Shown: positions 1 to 11,630, counted from the first letter of the stretch. The stretch is 64,000 nucleotides of DNA from Octopus vulgaris (GCA_951406725.2 OX597839.1:15314001-15378000), one strand, 5' to 3'. A program made the numbers and translations. Notes: generated by a model not told the origin, from the sequence alone.

Positions 1-128
<128 letters not shown>

Positions 129-255
129 ATATATATATATATATATACATATATATGTATATATATATAACTTAGAATAACTTAGAAAGGTTTTTGGCCA
201 GTATTGGCCCAGGCCATGTCTAACTTAATAGCACCACCTGGCGAAGTCTTTCAGT

Positions 256-3200
256 TCAGGATTTGGGCACCAAGGCCCATTCGAGCAGAGAGTTATTGTT
301 TGCGGAGACATATCCGGGTGTGGATGGTTTGTCCGGTACTGTTTGAAGGAATTTGTCCAAAGACTTCTTGAATTTTGTGTGGTCAGTTTCTTTTTTGACG
401 TGTCCTGGTGTAATATTGAAGAGAGCGGGTCCAATTGAGGTGAAATAGTTGTGCCGTATTGTCGTTATGTGATGCGATTTAGATTTTTGTTGTGGACGGA
501 TGGCACGTGGTCCAAGCCTTGGATGCATTTTGAAGGTGATGCCAACATCATTCGGACAGTGCTGATGGAATATTTTCCACATCATACAGATAATGTAGCG
601 TTCACGGCGTCGTTGGAGTGAATACAATTTCAGCTTCTCTAGTCTACCCCAGTAGTCAAGGTCTGACATGCCATCTATCTTTTTTGTGATTGACCTTTGG
701 GGAGCTTCAATTCTCATAATATTTTGTTTTGTGTAGGGAGACCACAGTGGACAGCAGTATTCAAGGTGGGGTCGGGCAAAAGTGGAGAAGAGAAGGATAA
801 TAGCGTGAGAATTTCTCGACTGGAAGGTTCTGAGAATCCAGGAACACATTCTGCGGGCCATGTCAACTTTGCTGCTTATATGTGTAGCCCAGCTTATGTT
901 GTTGTCCACTGTTACTCCCAGGTCTCTGATGTTGTTGGATGCCATGAGAATTTCTCCAGAAGGAAGAGAGTATGGGAGTTTCAGAGCGTCCTCCCTTCCA
1001 AAGTGGATCAGTTCGAATTTGTCTTCATTTAGCAACATGTTATTCTTTTCCGCCCATTGGACAACAGCTAGTAGGTCTGACTGAAGGTTTATTCGGTCAT
1101 CCACGCCATTGATGACCTTCTGGAGCTTGGAATCATCAGCGAAGGTTCTGATGTTGCTGTGTTTGATGGTGTCAGTAATATCATTTATGTAGATGATGAA
1201 GAGAAGTGGGCCCAACACAGTGCCTTGTGGGACACCACTGCTGACTTTGGCTGGGCTGGATTTGACTCCTTCGACTACAACATGTTGGGTTCTGTTAGAG
1301 AGGAAGCACTTGATCCATTGCAGCAGCTTTCCAGTGACACCAATATTGGACAGCTTTCTCAGAAGGATCTTATGATCAACCCTGTCAAAGGCCTTGCTGA
1401 AATCAAGGTAGATGACATCAGTGTTGGAACCCTCTCCCAAGGCTCTCAAAATGTCATCAAAATGATGCAGTAGCTGCGTCAGGCAATCTCTCCCATTACG
1501 GAATCCATGCTGGTTGGGGTTCAGCATATTATGACTCTCAAGGAAGTGAGTCATACGCGATCTCAGCACCCTCTCAAATACCTTGATGATATGAGAGGTG
1601 AGTGAGATTGGACGGTAATTCACGGCAAGCGATTTGTTTCCTTTTTTGAAAACTGGGACAACAGACTGGGATAGAAGGTCTTCTGGTATATATCCAGCAT
1701 CCAATGAGTTCCGCCACAGATTAGCTAGAGGGGGTGCAAGTTGGTTTTGACACATCTTCAAGACACAAGCAGGGAACCTATCGGGACCTACTGCTGAATT
1801 ATGATTCATTTCCTTTATTGCTGCTAAGACATCAGGAGCGCCAAATGTTATGTCCGATAAAGTGTATTGGGGAGTAACATCACTGATACAGCCCAGATCA
1901 GTCATATCAGGATTGCTGAAAACAGAGCAATATTGTTTCTGCAATATTTCTCCCATGGTTTTGGCATTGTCTTGAAGAATACCATTTTCATCAATCAGAG
2001 GGCCAACAGTAGAACCAGTGACTCTGTGTTTTTTTGCAAATGAAAAGAACACTTTGGGATTGAGTTTGATCTTCTCAATGGCCCAGGCCTCTTCAGCTCT
2101 TCGCTGACTATTGATGATAGACATCATGTTGTTTTGGAGTTTATGTTTTTTAATCTCTAGCGACGAGATGGCAGTCAGGTTGGTGTGTTGCTGTTGACAG
2201 TATTTCAGCATGTTGATCTTTTTGTTGATTCTTTTAATTTTCCTTATGAGAGATTTTCTATTTCTAGGGATTCGACACTTAGATTTGTTTGCAGATCTTA
2301 ATGGGGTGTGTCTTGCACATATGTTCGTGATGGTGTCTACAAGTGACTGCCAGGACTTTTTGATGTTAGTGGATGTGTATGTGTGCGTGAAGGACCAATC
2401 GACTTGTGCAAGATCATTATTGATCGCTTCCCAGTTTGCATTGTGGAAATCCATAGTGTCAAATGGATGAACAGGAGGGATGACATTTGTTTTGCATTTT
2501 GGCCAGTGAAATCTCAGATCACAGAGAACCATGTCATGGTCGGAGAGTAGGGTTTTCTCCACTGCAATATTGTGGATAGTATCAGTGTGATTGCTGAAAA
2601 TTAAGTCTAAGACGTTTTTGTGACATCTCGTTGGTTCGAGTACCAGTTGGGACAAGAAGAAGTCATCCATGAAGTCAAGAAGCGATTCCACTGCCTCCCT
2701 GTCAGGGGTTGAGAGAGAAGAACCTGGCGACAGACTGTTTGTAGACCAGTCAACCCCGGGAAGGTTGAAATCTCCCATCATTAAAATGTTGTCAGGTTGA
2801 CACTGCTGAATGAAACACTTTATGCTGTTGAGGCATTCCTTGAAGCATGGTAGGGGCGTTTGGGGTGGTCTGTAGAGCCCAACTACTGTTAAGTTGTTGG
2901 TTTGACTGAATACAGCGACTGCTTCGCAGTATCCATTCGAAAATATGTTCATGGCTTCTGTTGAGAATGAATCATGGACATAAATGGCAGTCCCACCCTT
3001 TCTTCTGCCAACACGATCAGCACGAATGGTTTTGAAATTTTTAACTTTCACCTCGGCTTCCAAGTGGAGGTCACTAAGATGGGTTTCAGTGAGGACGAAG
3101 AAAGGGATGTGGTTTGGATGGGCCTCGACCCAGTCCTCCAGGAATCTTATCTTCCATTTTTGTGTATTGGTGGAAGGGCTGATGCCTTGGGCATTAAGCA

Positions 3201-3273
3201 GAAATGTTGAGGCGAGAGTGGATGGTTTTAATTGTTTTGGTGATTTGTTTATTTGATTGCTTTTTAATGGCAT
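256..3273 (-). CDS. LINE ORF2: AP-type endonuclease plus reverse transcriptase (1005 aa)
   Basis: Endonuclease motifs LTETHL, GLYRPP, GDFN, LDLIF, SDH; RT motifs NYRPISL, QHGFR, YLDFSKAFD, SGVPQGTVLGPLLF, FADD, RDLGV; no stops. Confidence 0.95.
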   Translation of the reverse strand: MPLKSNQINKSPKQLKPSTLASTFLLNAQGISPSTNTQKWKIRFLEDWVEAHPNHIPFFVLTETHLSDLHLEAEVKVKNFKTIRADRVGRRKGGTAIYVHDSFSTEAMNIFSNGYCEAVAVFSQTNNLTVVGLYRPPQTPLPCFKECLNSIKCFIQQCQPDNILMMGDFNLPGVDWSTNSLSPGSSLSTPDREAVESLLDFMDDFFLSQLVLEPTRCHKNVLDLIFSNHTDTIHNIAVEKTLLSDHDMVLCDLRFHWPKCKTNVIPPVHPFDTMDFHNANWEAINNDLAQVDWSFTHTYTSTNIKKSWQSLVDTITNICARHTPLRSANKSKCRIPRNRKSLIRKIKRINKKINMLKYCQQQHTNLTAISSLEIKKHKLQNNMMSIINSQRRAEEAWAIEKIKLNPKVFFSFAKKHRVTGSTVGPLIDENGILQDNAKTMGEILQKQYCSVFSNPDMTDLGCISDVTPQYTLSDITFGAPDVLAAIKEMNHNSAVGPDRFPACVLKMCQNQLAPPLANLWRNSLDAGYIPEDLLSQSVVPVFKKGNKSLAVNYRPISLTSHIIKVFERVLRSRMTHFLESHNMLNPNQHGFRNGRDCLTQLLHHFDDILRALGEGSNTDVIYLDFSKAFDRVDHKILLRKLSNIGVTGKLLQWIKCFLSNRTQHVVVEGVKSSPAKVSSGVPQGTVLGPLLFIIYINDITDTIKHSNIRTFADDSKLQKVINGVDDRINLQSDLLAVVQWAEKNNMLLNEDKFELIHFGREDALKLPYSLPSGEILMASNNIRDLGVTVDNNISWATHISSKVDMARRMCSWILRTFQSRNSHAIILLFSTFARPHLEYCCPLWSPYTKQNIMRIEAPQRSITKKIDGMSDLDYWGRLEKLKLYSLQRRRERYIICMMWKIFHQHCPNDVGITFKMHPRLGPRAIRPQQKSKSHHITTIRHNYFTSIGPALFNITPGHVKKETDHTKFKKSLDKFLQTVPDKPSTPGYVSANNNSLLEWALVPKS

Positions 3274-3426
3274 GTGTAGTGGGGTAATAGTGGTGGATGG
3301 CGGTGGGTGATAGCTCGGATGTTTTTTTCCAGTTCTTTTGCTAGATTCATTATAGCTAAAAAAGAGGAAGAAGAGGTGGTTTCCTGTCTAGGGAACCGCA
3401 GGTGACTGTGGCCGCGGCTATTTTTA
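3264..3426 (-). pseudogene. Probable C-terminal remnant of LINE ORF1
   Basis: Manual translation gives [53 protein letters not shown], overlapping the ORF2 start (ATGCCATTAA). Confidence 0.5.
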
Positions 3427-3444
3427 TGTGACTGTGGCCGCGGC

Positions 3445-3514
<70 letters not shown>

Positions 3515-3520
3515 CATATT

Positions 3521-3568
<48 letters not shown>

Positions 3569-3587
3569 TATGTATATATATATATAC

Positions 3588-3666
<79 letters not shown>

Positions 3667-3671
3667 CATAC

Positions 3672-3746
<75 letters not shown>

Positions 3747-3747
<1 letters not shown>

Positions 3748-4232
3748 CTATATATATAAAACTCTAGTTGTGTGAGTGTCTGTCCCCTTCGATTTAGATT
3801 CCTAACTCCTCCCACATTTTGCGGTGCAGTTTAACCAAATTCGGGTATCTTATAGTCGTGATTCATATCGCGCGTCAATGATGAGTCTACGATTTTAAAA
3901 ATGATTTAACATTATTTTTTATTCCATTTTAATGCATAAAATGCATCGTATGTCGATGGCGGTGGAGTTGGCGTCCACGCTCACAGCTGCACCTCTTTGC
4001 TTCTCCCCCTTCCCTCCCTCGTGAAGCTGAGTGTAAAGGGAGTGTAAAGAAATCAACGTCGTAATGCGTTGTGAAGGAAACCAGCGTTCTTTTAGAACAA
4101 CGACTTCATGGCTTGAAGACACCAAAACAAAAATGGCTAAGAAAGCCCGAATTTATAAGGGAAGTAACTCTCTAAAAATGCTTATATAGTTATTTCCCTT
4201 ACAAACCCGAGCAACGCCGGGCGATACTGCTA

Positions 4233-4233
<1 letters not shown>
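3747..4233 (+). mobile_element. Non-autonomous Helitron (487 bp)
   Basis: 5' TCTATATATATAAAA, subterminal hairpin CCCGAGCAACGCCGGG, 3' CTAG, inserted between A and T with no target-site duplication. Confidence 0.85.
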
Positions 4234-4299
<66 letters not shown>

Positions 4300-4320
4300 T
4301 ATATACATATATATATATAT

Positions 4321-4950
<630 letters not shown>

Positions 4951-4970
4951 TTATACATATATATATATAC

Positions 4971-5024
<54 letters not shown>

Positions 5025-5282
5025 GTACATATACACATTCACACACACATACACATATGTATATATATACATACATACATATACACACATATACATACAT
5101 ACACATATACATATATACACATACACATACACACATACACCCATATACACATGTACATATGTACCCATATACATGTATCTACGTACACGCTCATACACAT
5201 ACTCATACATACACTTATATATGTCTACACACATATATATATAAAAGGGGATATACACCCCCATACACACACGCTCCCATAT

Positions 5283-5331
<49 letters not shown>

Positions 5332-5502
5332 CACATATATATACACACACCCATATACACATATATATACATACACATACATACCTATACATATATATAT
5401 ATAACGGGAAGCTTTATGAAAATAAACAAAAGACGAAGGCCGGTGGAAAACAAACGAACAATTGTATTAGTATGGCGCTCAGGAAATATAAATAAAACAA
5501 GT

Positions 5503-5538
5503 CTTTAACGTTTCGAGCCTACGCTCTTCAACAGAAAG
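5503..5538 (-). ncRNA. Minimal hammerhead ribozyme in the Penelope-like pseudo-LTR
   Basis: CUUU CUGUUGA A GAGC GUAG GCUC GAAA CG UU AAAG; palindromic vestigial stem III; core variant CUGUUGA. Confidence 0.72.
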
Positions 5539-5709
5539 ATACACAGAGAGAGAAAAACACAGAAAGAAGGAGAGAAAAAAATGCGTGCAGTAGCTAACGA
5601 ATCAACATGGCGATCTGATTTCGGCCAGAGGTCAAAGATCAAACATGAGACGCGAGAGCGAAATAAGGGGAGATAATAGGGTTGAGGGACCAGCTAAAAG
5701 TGCGTGGGA

Positions 5710-6020
5710 GGGGTCTGGATGTGTGTATGTATAGGGTTGGTGTATGTATTAGTATGTATAAGGGTGTGTGTGTGTGTGTGTGTGTGTATGAGAGAGTATT
5801 AGTGCGTAAGATTGGTCTGGACGTGCGTATGTATGGGGTTGGTGTATGTATTAGTATGTATTAGTATGTATTAGTACGTATTGGTATGTATAGGTGTGTG
5901 TGTGTGTGTGTGAGAGAGTATAAGTGCGTATGCGGGGTCTGGACGTGTGTATGTATAGGGTTGGTGTAAGTATTAGTATGTACTAGTATGTATTAGTACG
6001 TATTAGTATGTATTAGTTGG
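5710..6020. repeat. Three tandem ~100-120 bp imperfect repeats in the element's 3'UTR
   Basis: GGTCTGGA(T/C)GTG(T/C)GTATGTAT(A/G)GGGTTGGTGTA recurs at ~5712, ~5814 and ~5936. Confidence 0.75.
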
Positions 6021-6339
6021 TGTGTGTATTAGTATGGCACATCATATGTGATGTGATGTGTAAAGTCATGTGGTGTAGTGAGGAGAAGAGGGGGAGGAGA
6101 GAAGGGGAGGGGAAGAAGAGGGGGAGGAGAAGGGGGAAGAGGAGACGATGGGGGAGAAGGAAGGTGAGGAGGGGGATGAAGGAGGAAAGAGGGAGAGGGG
6201 GAAAGAGAAGGGGAGAGAGGGCGTGAGGGAGCAGAGGGAAGGGGAAGAGGGAGGGAGAAAGAGGGAAGAAGGGAAGGGGAGTAGGGGTGAAAGGATGAAG
6301 GACTGAAGAAGTAGGGGTCGGGGGGAGAAAGGATAGGTG

Positions 6340-6678
6340 AGGAGGGGGAGAGGGGGGTTAGATGAGGAGGGGGGAGAGTTGAGACCAAATGGCGTATAAG
6401 AGCGAAGAGAGAAGATTAATACCTGTTCACGGCGCAAACGGGAATCCGGATGGCCTCTGTGTAAGGACAAACCGAACACAGATAGGTGTTGCAAGGAGTG
6501 ACCGGTGGAGCGGAAATGGCGTGAGACCGGTGTGTCGTTCGCAAGGTGGATGTCACGAAGGTGTTCCGCGAACCGGTCAGCCAAGCGGCGTCCCGTTTGT
6601 CCGATGTACAAGGAATTGCAGAGAGAGCAAGAGATGCAATAGATAATATTGCTGGAGGTGCAGGTGAAGGAGTGATGA
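6340..6678 (-). CDS. GIY-YIG endonuclease domain of the Penelope-like element, in a shifted frame
   Basis: HSFTCTSSNIIYCISCSLCNSLYIGQTGRRLADRFAEH...VSRHF...RLRREQVLIFSL...PFGLN; 3' boundary approximate. Confidence 0.88.
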
Positions 6679-9265
6679 TGGGATAGGGTCGATGGTGGGT
6701 GCTAGTGAGGCGGGTGGTGTTGGAGAGGTAAGGGCAAGTGCGGCAACGTGGGCGGGAGCAGGGGAACGAGCCGGGTTGGGAGGTAGGGTCAGGGAAGGAG
6801 CTATGGACCAAAAGGTCTCGAAGGTTGTGGGCTCGTTTGAATGAGGGGAGGGGTCGGTTAGGGAAGAGGTGTGAAGTGGACGGGTCGGACTGGAGATGAC
6901 GGAAAGCTCGAAGAATGGTGCGTTGGAGACGTAGGGTCGTGGGGTGGTAAGTGAGGGGAAAAGGGAGGCGGGAGACTACAGGGCGGGTTCGGGGAGAGAG
7001 AGCAGATACACGGTCCACGGACCGTGCTCTGGCAAGGGCGGTGTGGATAGTGGTGAGGGGGTATCCACGTAGGGTGAAGTGGTGAGCCATACGTTGAGAC
7101 TGAGTCTCAAAGTCATGGTCGTCACTACAGAGCCTACGTAGACGGAGGAATTGGGAATAGGGGATGGAAAGCTTGGTGTGTTCTGGGTGGGAGGAAGAGA
7201 AGTTGAGGTATGAGTGTGAGTCTGTGTGTTTGTAGTGAATGGAGGTGGTAAGAGTGGAGTGAAGAATGCTAACCGAAATGTCGAGGAAGGAGACAGAGGT
7301 GTTGGAGATAGTGGAAGTGAAGTGGAGGGCTGGATGGAAAGATTGGACGAAAGAGAGGAAGGAATCTAGATGTTCGCGGGAGAGTGAGGTGGCACCGATA
7401 ATGTCGTCAATATAACGACCATATAGTTCAGGAGTGGGACCAGTGAAATTAGAGAATATTTGGGCCTCAACATAGCCAACGAACAGGTTCGCATAGTTGG
7501 GGCCCATTCGCGTTCCCATGGCCACTCCCGAGACCTGATGGTAGAACTCGCCCGCGAACGAGAAGCAGTTCAGAGTAAGGACAAGTTCGGCCAGACGAAT
7601 GAGTGTGGAGGTGTCAGGTACAGGGTTAGAGCGGAGGTCAAGAAAGTGTCGAAGGGCCTGCAGTCCTTCGTGGTGAGGGATAACAGTATAGAGGCTTTGG
7701 ATGTCCATAGTAAAAAGGAGTTTGGAGGAGCCGGGAGGAAAGGAGAAAGAGTTGAAAAGCCGGAGAGCATGGTTGGTATCGTGGATGTGGGAGGGAAGAG
7801 ATGCCACTAGGGGGGCAAGGACACGGTCGAGGTATTTAGAGATGAGCTCCGTGGGGCAGTTACAGGCGGAGACGATGGGGCGGCCAGGGTTGTTGGGTTT
7901 GTGGATTTTGGGGAGGAAGTAAATGGTGGGGGTACGTGGGGTTCGCACAATTAGGTTGGATGCGGTGCGGGGGAGACGGGAGGACGAGATGAGGTCTTGG
8001 ACAGTAGAGGATACCGTCTGTTGGTAGCTACGTGTGGGGTTAGAGGGCAGAGGGGAATAGAAGGAGGTGTCATTGAGTTGGCGGAAAGCCTCGGCCCTAT
8101 AGAGGTCCGCGCGCCACACCACTACAGCTCCACCCTTGTCAGCCGGTTTGATGATAATGTCAGCGCGCCGTTGGAGGGAACGAAGAGCCAAGAGCTCAGC
8201 CGGGGAGATGTTGAGGCGGCGTTGGCGCCTGGAGAAGTTGAACCGCTCCAATGCACGCTGACAAGCGCCCGCGAAAAGATCCACTGCTAGGATCTGGCCA
8301 GGGGCAGGCGTCCACGGGGATGGTCGGCGGCCCAGGCCAGTGAAGCAGTCGTCCTCTTCGTGGGGTGTGGGTGGCGAGTCGTGGTAATGCGCACCCAACC
8401 GGACACGGCGCACAAAGCTGTGGACATCAACTCGCGTCTGGAATTCCTTACAGGATGGAGTGAGGGGGATGAAACGCAGACCCCTACCAAGGACGGAGCG
8501 TTCAGCCGCAGAGAGGGGAAGATCGGGGGGAATGGTAACAACAGACGGAAGTGGAGAAGGGGTGGGTGGAATAGAAGTAGGAGGGGTGGTAGGTCTCGTG
8601 GAGGTCTGAGGGGGAGGGATTGGGGAGGTGTGTGGGGGGTGGTTGGGCGGGGCAGTAGGGTTAGGTGTAGGTGGATGGAGCCTAACGGGAGGGGAGAAGG
8701 GGTTGTAGGGAGGGGCAGTGGGGTTAGGTGTGGGTGGATGGAGCCTATCGGGAGGGGAGAAGGGTGGTGGAGGAGTTGGGGTAGTGGCGTCGGGTAGGGA
8801 GGAATGGAAGAGTGATTGGAGTCTACGAAGTTTGGTATCAGAAAGAAATTGATGGAAGAGTTGATTCAAGTGGATAATGAAGCGTCGCGTGTTTGGAGCA
8901 TAGAGCGGCGGCAGAGAGGAGAAGAAGGTGGAGAACGCAGGAGGAAGAAGGCGGTTGATGGCATGTAGTTTGGAGAGATTGGAGCGAATGGTGGCCCGCA
9001 TAAGGCGGTAAGATGTGGTGCGGAGTATGGGTAAGATGGAAGAATCCGAGTGGAGAGCAGGGTGGAAGTGGAGGCGGAAACCTTTAGGGATGAGTCGGTG
9101 ATGTAGGCAGCGGCTTAGGAAAGAGACATGGCTAGAGAAGCGGGTTTTTTTAAAAAGAAGTAGAGAGAGATTAACGGACGGCTGAAGGCAATATACAGGA
9201 AGCGAACGTAGATGATCCTTCAAACGGTGATGGAGGGTGAGGAGGTAGGACCTAGGATCCGGCAT
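6416..9265 (-). CDS. Penelope-like reverse transcriptase ORF (runs out of frame near 6678)
   Basis: Motifs IIKPADKGGAVVV, YFLPKIHKPNNPGRPIVS, TMDIQSLYT, GVAMGT, RYIDD, FLDI, SSHP; Cys linker CSRPRCRTC. Confidence 0.92.
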   Translation of the reverse strand: MPDPRSYLLTLHHRLKDHLRSLPVYCLQPSVNLSLLLFKKTRFSSHVSFLSRCLHHRLIPKGFRLHFHPALHSDSSILPILRTTSYRLMRATIRSNLSKLHAINRLLPPAFSTFFSSLPPLYAPNTRRFIIHLNQLFHQFLSDTKLRRLQSLFHSSLPDATTPTPPPPFSPPDRLHPPTPNPTAPPYNPFSPPVRLHPPTPNPTAPPNHPPHTSPIPPPQTSTRPTTPPTSIPPTPSPLPSVVTIPPDLPLSAAERSVLGRGLRFIPLTPSCKEFQTRVDVHSFVRRVRLGAHYHDSPPTPHEEDDCFTGLGRRPSPWTPAPGQILAVDLFAGACQRALERFNFSRRQRRLNISPAELLALRSLQRRADIIIKPADKGGAVVVWRADLYRAEAFRQLNDTSFYSPLPSNPTRSYQQTVSSTVQDLISSSRLPRTASNLIVRTPRTPTIYFLPKIHKPNNPGRPIVSACNCPTELISKYLDRVLAPLVASLPSHIHDTNHALRLFNSFSFPPGSSKLLFTMDIQSLYTVIPHHEGLQALRHFLDLRSNPVPDTSTLIRLAELVLTLNCFSFAGEFYHQVSGVAMGTRMGPNYANLFVGYVEAQIFSNFTGPTPELYGRYIDDIIGATSLSREHLDSFLSFVQSFHPALHFTSTISNTSVSFLDISVSILHSTLTTSIHYKHTDSHSYLNFSSSHPEHTKLSIPYSQFLRLRRLCSDDHDFETQSQRMAHHFTLRGYPLTTIHTALARARSVDRVSALSPRTRPVVSRLPFPLTYHPTTLRLQRTILRAFRHLQSDPSTSHLFPNRPLPSFKRAHNLRDLLVHSSFPDPTSQPGSFPCSRPRCRTCPYLSNTTRLTSTHHRPYPIITPSPAPPAILSIASLALSAIPCTSDKRDAAWLTGSRNTFVTSTLRTTHRSHAISAPPVTPCNTYLCSVCPYTEAIRIPVCAVNRY

Positions 9266-10937
9266 GATGGGATAGCGGAAAAAAACGTTCGAAAAAACAA
9301 AAAAACAAAAAACAAAAATTATCGTATGAAAAAAATAGAAAAAAAGGATAGCGAAAAAAGGGGAAAAAACAAACGTTCAAAAAAACAAAAAAATAATAAT
9401 CGTATGAAAAAACTAGATAAGTAAGCGATAGGGGCAGAAAAGACGGGGCAAACGGAAAAGGGAAAGAAAGAAGGGAAGCAGAGAGAGGGGGAGGCAAAAA
9501 AGGGGGGTGCAGGCAGAGGAAACGGAGTATGGACATCCAGAGAGGGAAGAAAGACGGAAAGGAGAAGAAAAATTCAGGAAAATGTGGGAAGCATGAAATG
9601 AATGTAAAAAAAGTGGTAATATAAGAGAAAATAAAAATACAACAAACGGGACAGTTTATGCGAACAAGTTCAAGGTTGAAAGTTCAAGGTGAGAAATGTG
9701 TAGACGTCGTGGTATATTTTTTAAGGATTTCACATCAATGCAAAGTCACTTTGATCCGCGAAAGAGAGGTGCAGCCAATGGTACGTATCCAAGAGGTAAA
9801 GAAAATCCAAGGTAGAGGTAAGTGTTGATAGTGGTATTGGTAGAATATAGGATGAAAGTGAGACCACGTGAGCGCATAATATATAACGGGAAGCTTTATG
9901 AAAATAAACAAAAGACGCATATATATATATATGCACACACACACACACACATATATACACACACACACAAACATATGCATATACATGCACACACATACAC
10001 ACACATTTCTTCCCTTATTTTAATTTTATTTTTATTTTTTACTTTTGTTTTTATTTTTATTTTTATCTTGACCTCGGCCAGCCATCCCGGCACTGAAGTG
10101 ATGTCGTCCCTAGGGAACTGGTCTAAAGAGTCCATTTATTGCCCCTCTCCCTTCCTTTCTATCTTTCTACTCACTGATACGAACACAAACACTCACACAC
10201 GCACACACACTCACACGTACACTCATACACATACACACACGCACGTGTTATATTCATACAAACATACATCTACATACATGCACGTATATACACATACGTA
10301 CACGTACCTACAAATTCATATATACACATACATAGATCTATACACCCACAGAAGACTAGTCCATACATATACACAAATAAATATATATACATATACACAT
10401 ACATACACACATATATATATATACATATACATATATATATATATACATATATATATACATATATACACACATACATACACGTACGCGCATACCTACATAT
10501 ACATACACACATATATACTTACACCAGTCATATACATACCTACATACCCATACATCCATATATCTATACATATACATACACGTATATATACACAAGCACA
10601 TACTAATACACACGCACACACATCTCTATCTACATATATAAAAAAGAAACCCAACAAGTCCATACATGTACACACATACACATACATACATGCATATATA
10701 CCCATACACATATACACATACATACACATACACATATATATACGCACACGTATATATATACACATATACCCATACCTATACATACACACATGCATACACA
10801 TACACACACATACGCGCATCTATATATACACATAAGTACATACATGCATGAATGTATACATATGTTTATACATATGCATACACATACACACACACGCGCG
10901 CATCCTTATATACATAAATACATACATGCATACAAAC

Positions 10938-11071
<134 letters not shown>

Positions 11072-11181
11072 ACCCTGTATATATATATACATATATATAT
11101 ATATATACATATGTATATATATACATATATATATATACATATACATATTTATATATATACATATACATATATATATATACA

Positions 11182-11630
11182 TATGCCATAATATACATCT
11201 GGAAGATCCTGGAGGGAAGTGTCCTGAACTTTGGCATCGAGAGTTACGCAAATGCCAGAACTGGGCGCCACTGCGTGGTGCCTAGGACTCCAAACCTGCC
11301 ATCAAGATGTAGGACAAGATTCTGTGATAGCCTGGGCTTCCGAGGCCCACAGCTCTTCAATATCCTCCCGAAGAACCTGAGAGACCTGCATGGGGTGGAT
11401 ACAGATGTCTATAAAGTAGGACTGGATCTCTTCCTGTCAGGTGTCCCAGATGAACCAACTTCACGGCAGGAGGGGCAGATGAGGGCAGCTGCATCGAACT
11501 CTCTCATGCACCAAATAGCAGTTGCTAGAAAGCCTCCATGAAGTGAAACCAAGTAGCAACACCAAATGGCGGTGCCCCAGCATGGCCATAGCTCATAAGC
11601 TGAAACTAGAATCAATCAATCAATCAATCA
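11182..11630 (+). mobile_element. 5'-truncated CR1/L2-group LINE (second family): 3' end with (ATCA)n tail, in (TA)n
   Basis: Translates [11 protein letters not shown]...[15 protein letters not shown]...[12 protein letters not shown]...AAASNSL, homologous to the C-terminus of the 256-3273 ORF; (ATCA)5 tail at 11611-11630. Confidence 0.88.

Larger units (their letters stand above)
168..3453 (-). mobile_element. CR1/L2-group non-LTR retrotransposon (LINE), 5'-truncated within ORF1, inserted in (TA)n
   Basis: Contains intact ORF2; short 3'UTR ending in (TTCTAAGTTA)2 at 168-187; (TA)n arrays abut both ends. Confidence 0.92.
5399..9917 (-). mobile_element. Penelope-like retroelement (Neptune-like, C-terminal GIY-YIG) with partial 5' and full 3' pseudo-LTR
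   Basis: RT and GIY-YIG coding region; direct repeat ATATAACGGGAAGCTTTATGAAAATAAACAAAAGACG at ~5399 and ~9882; HHR in the 3' repeat; TA/CA microsatellite flanks. Confidence 0.92.

Noticed and set aside
697-3256. Plus-strand ORFs over the LINE, and those at 6389-8797 over the Penelope-like ORF
   Set aside because: Antisense shadows of real coding frames
6416-9265. Naiad/Chlamys-type or selenoprotein-encoding Penelope-like element
   Set aside because: The GIY-YIG domain is C-terminal rather than N-terminal, and no in-frame UGA interrupts the ORF
10070-10190. Short unique island between microsatellites upstream of the Penelope-like element
   Set aside because: Probably a fragment of another repeat, but no second copy, ORF or ribozyme core is visible in this window
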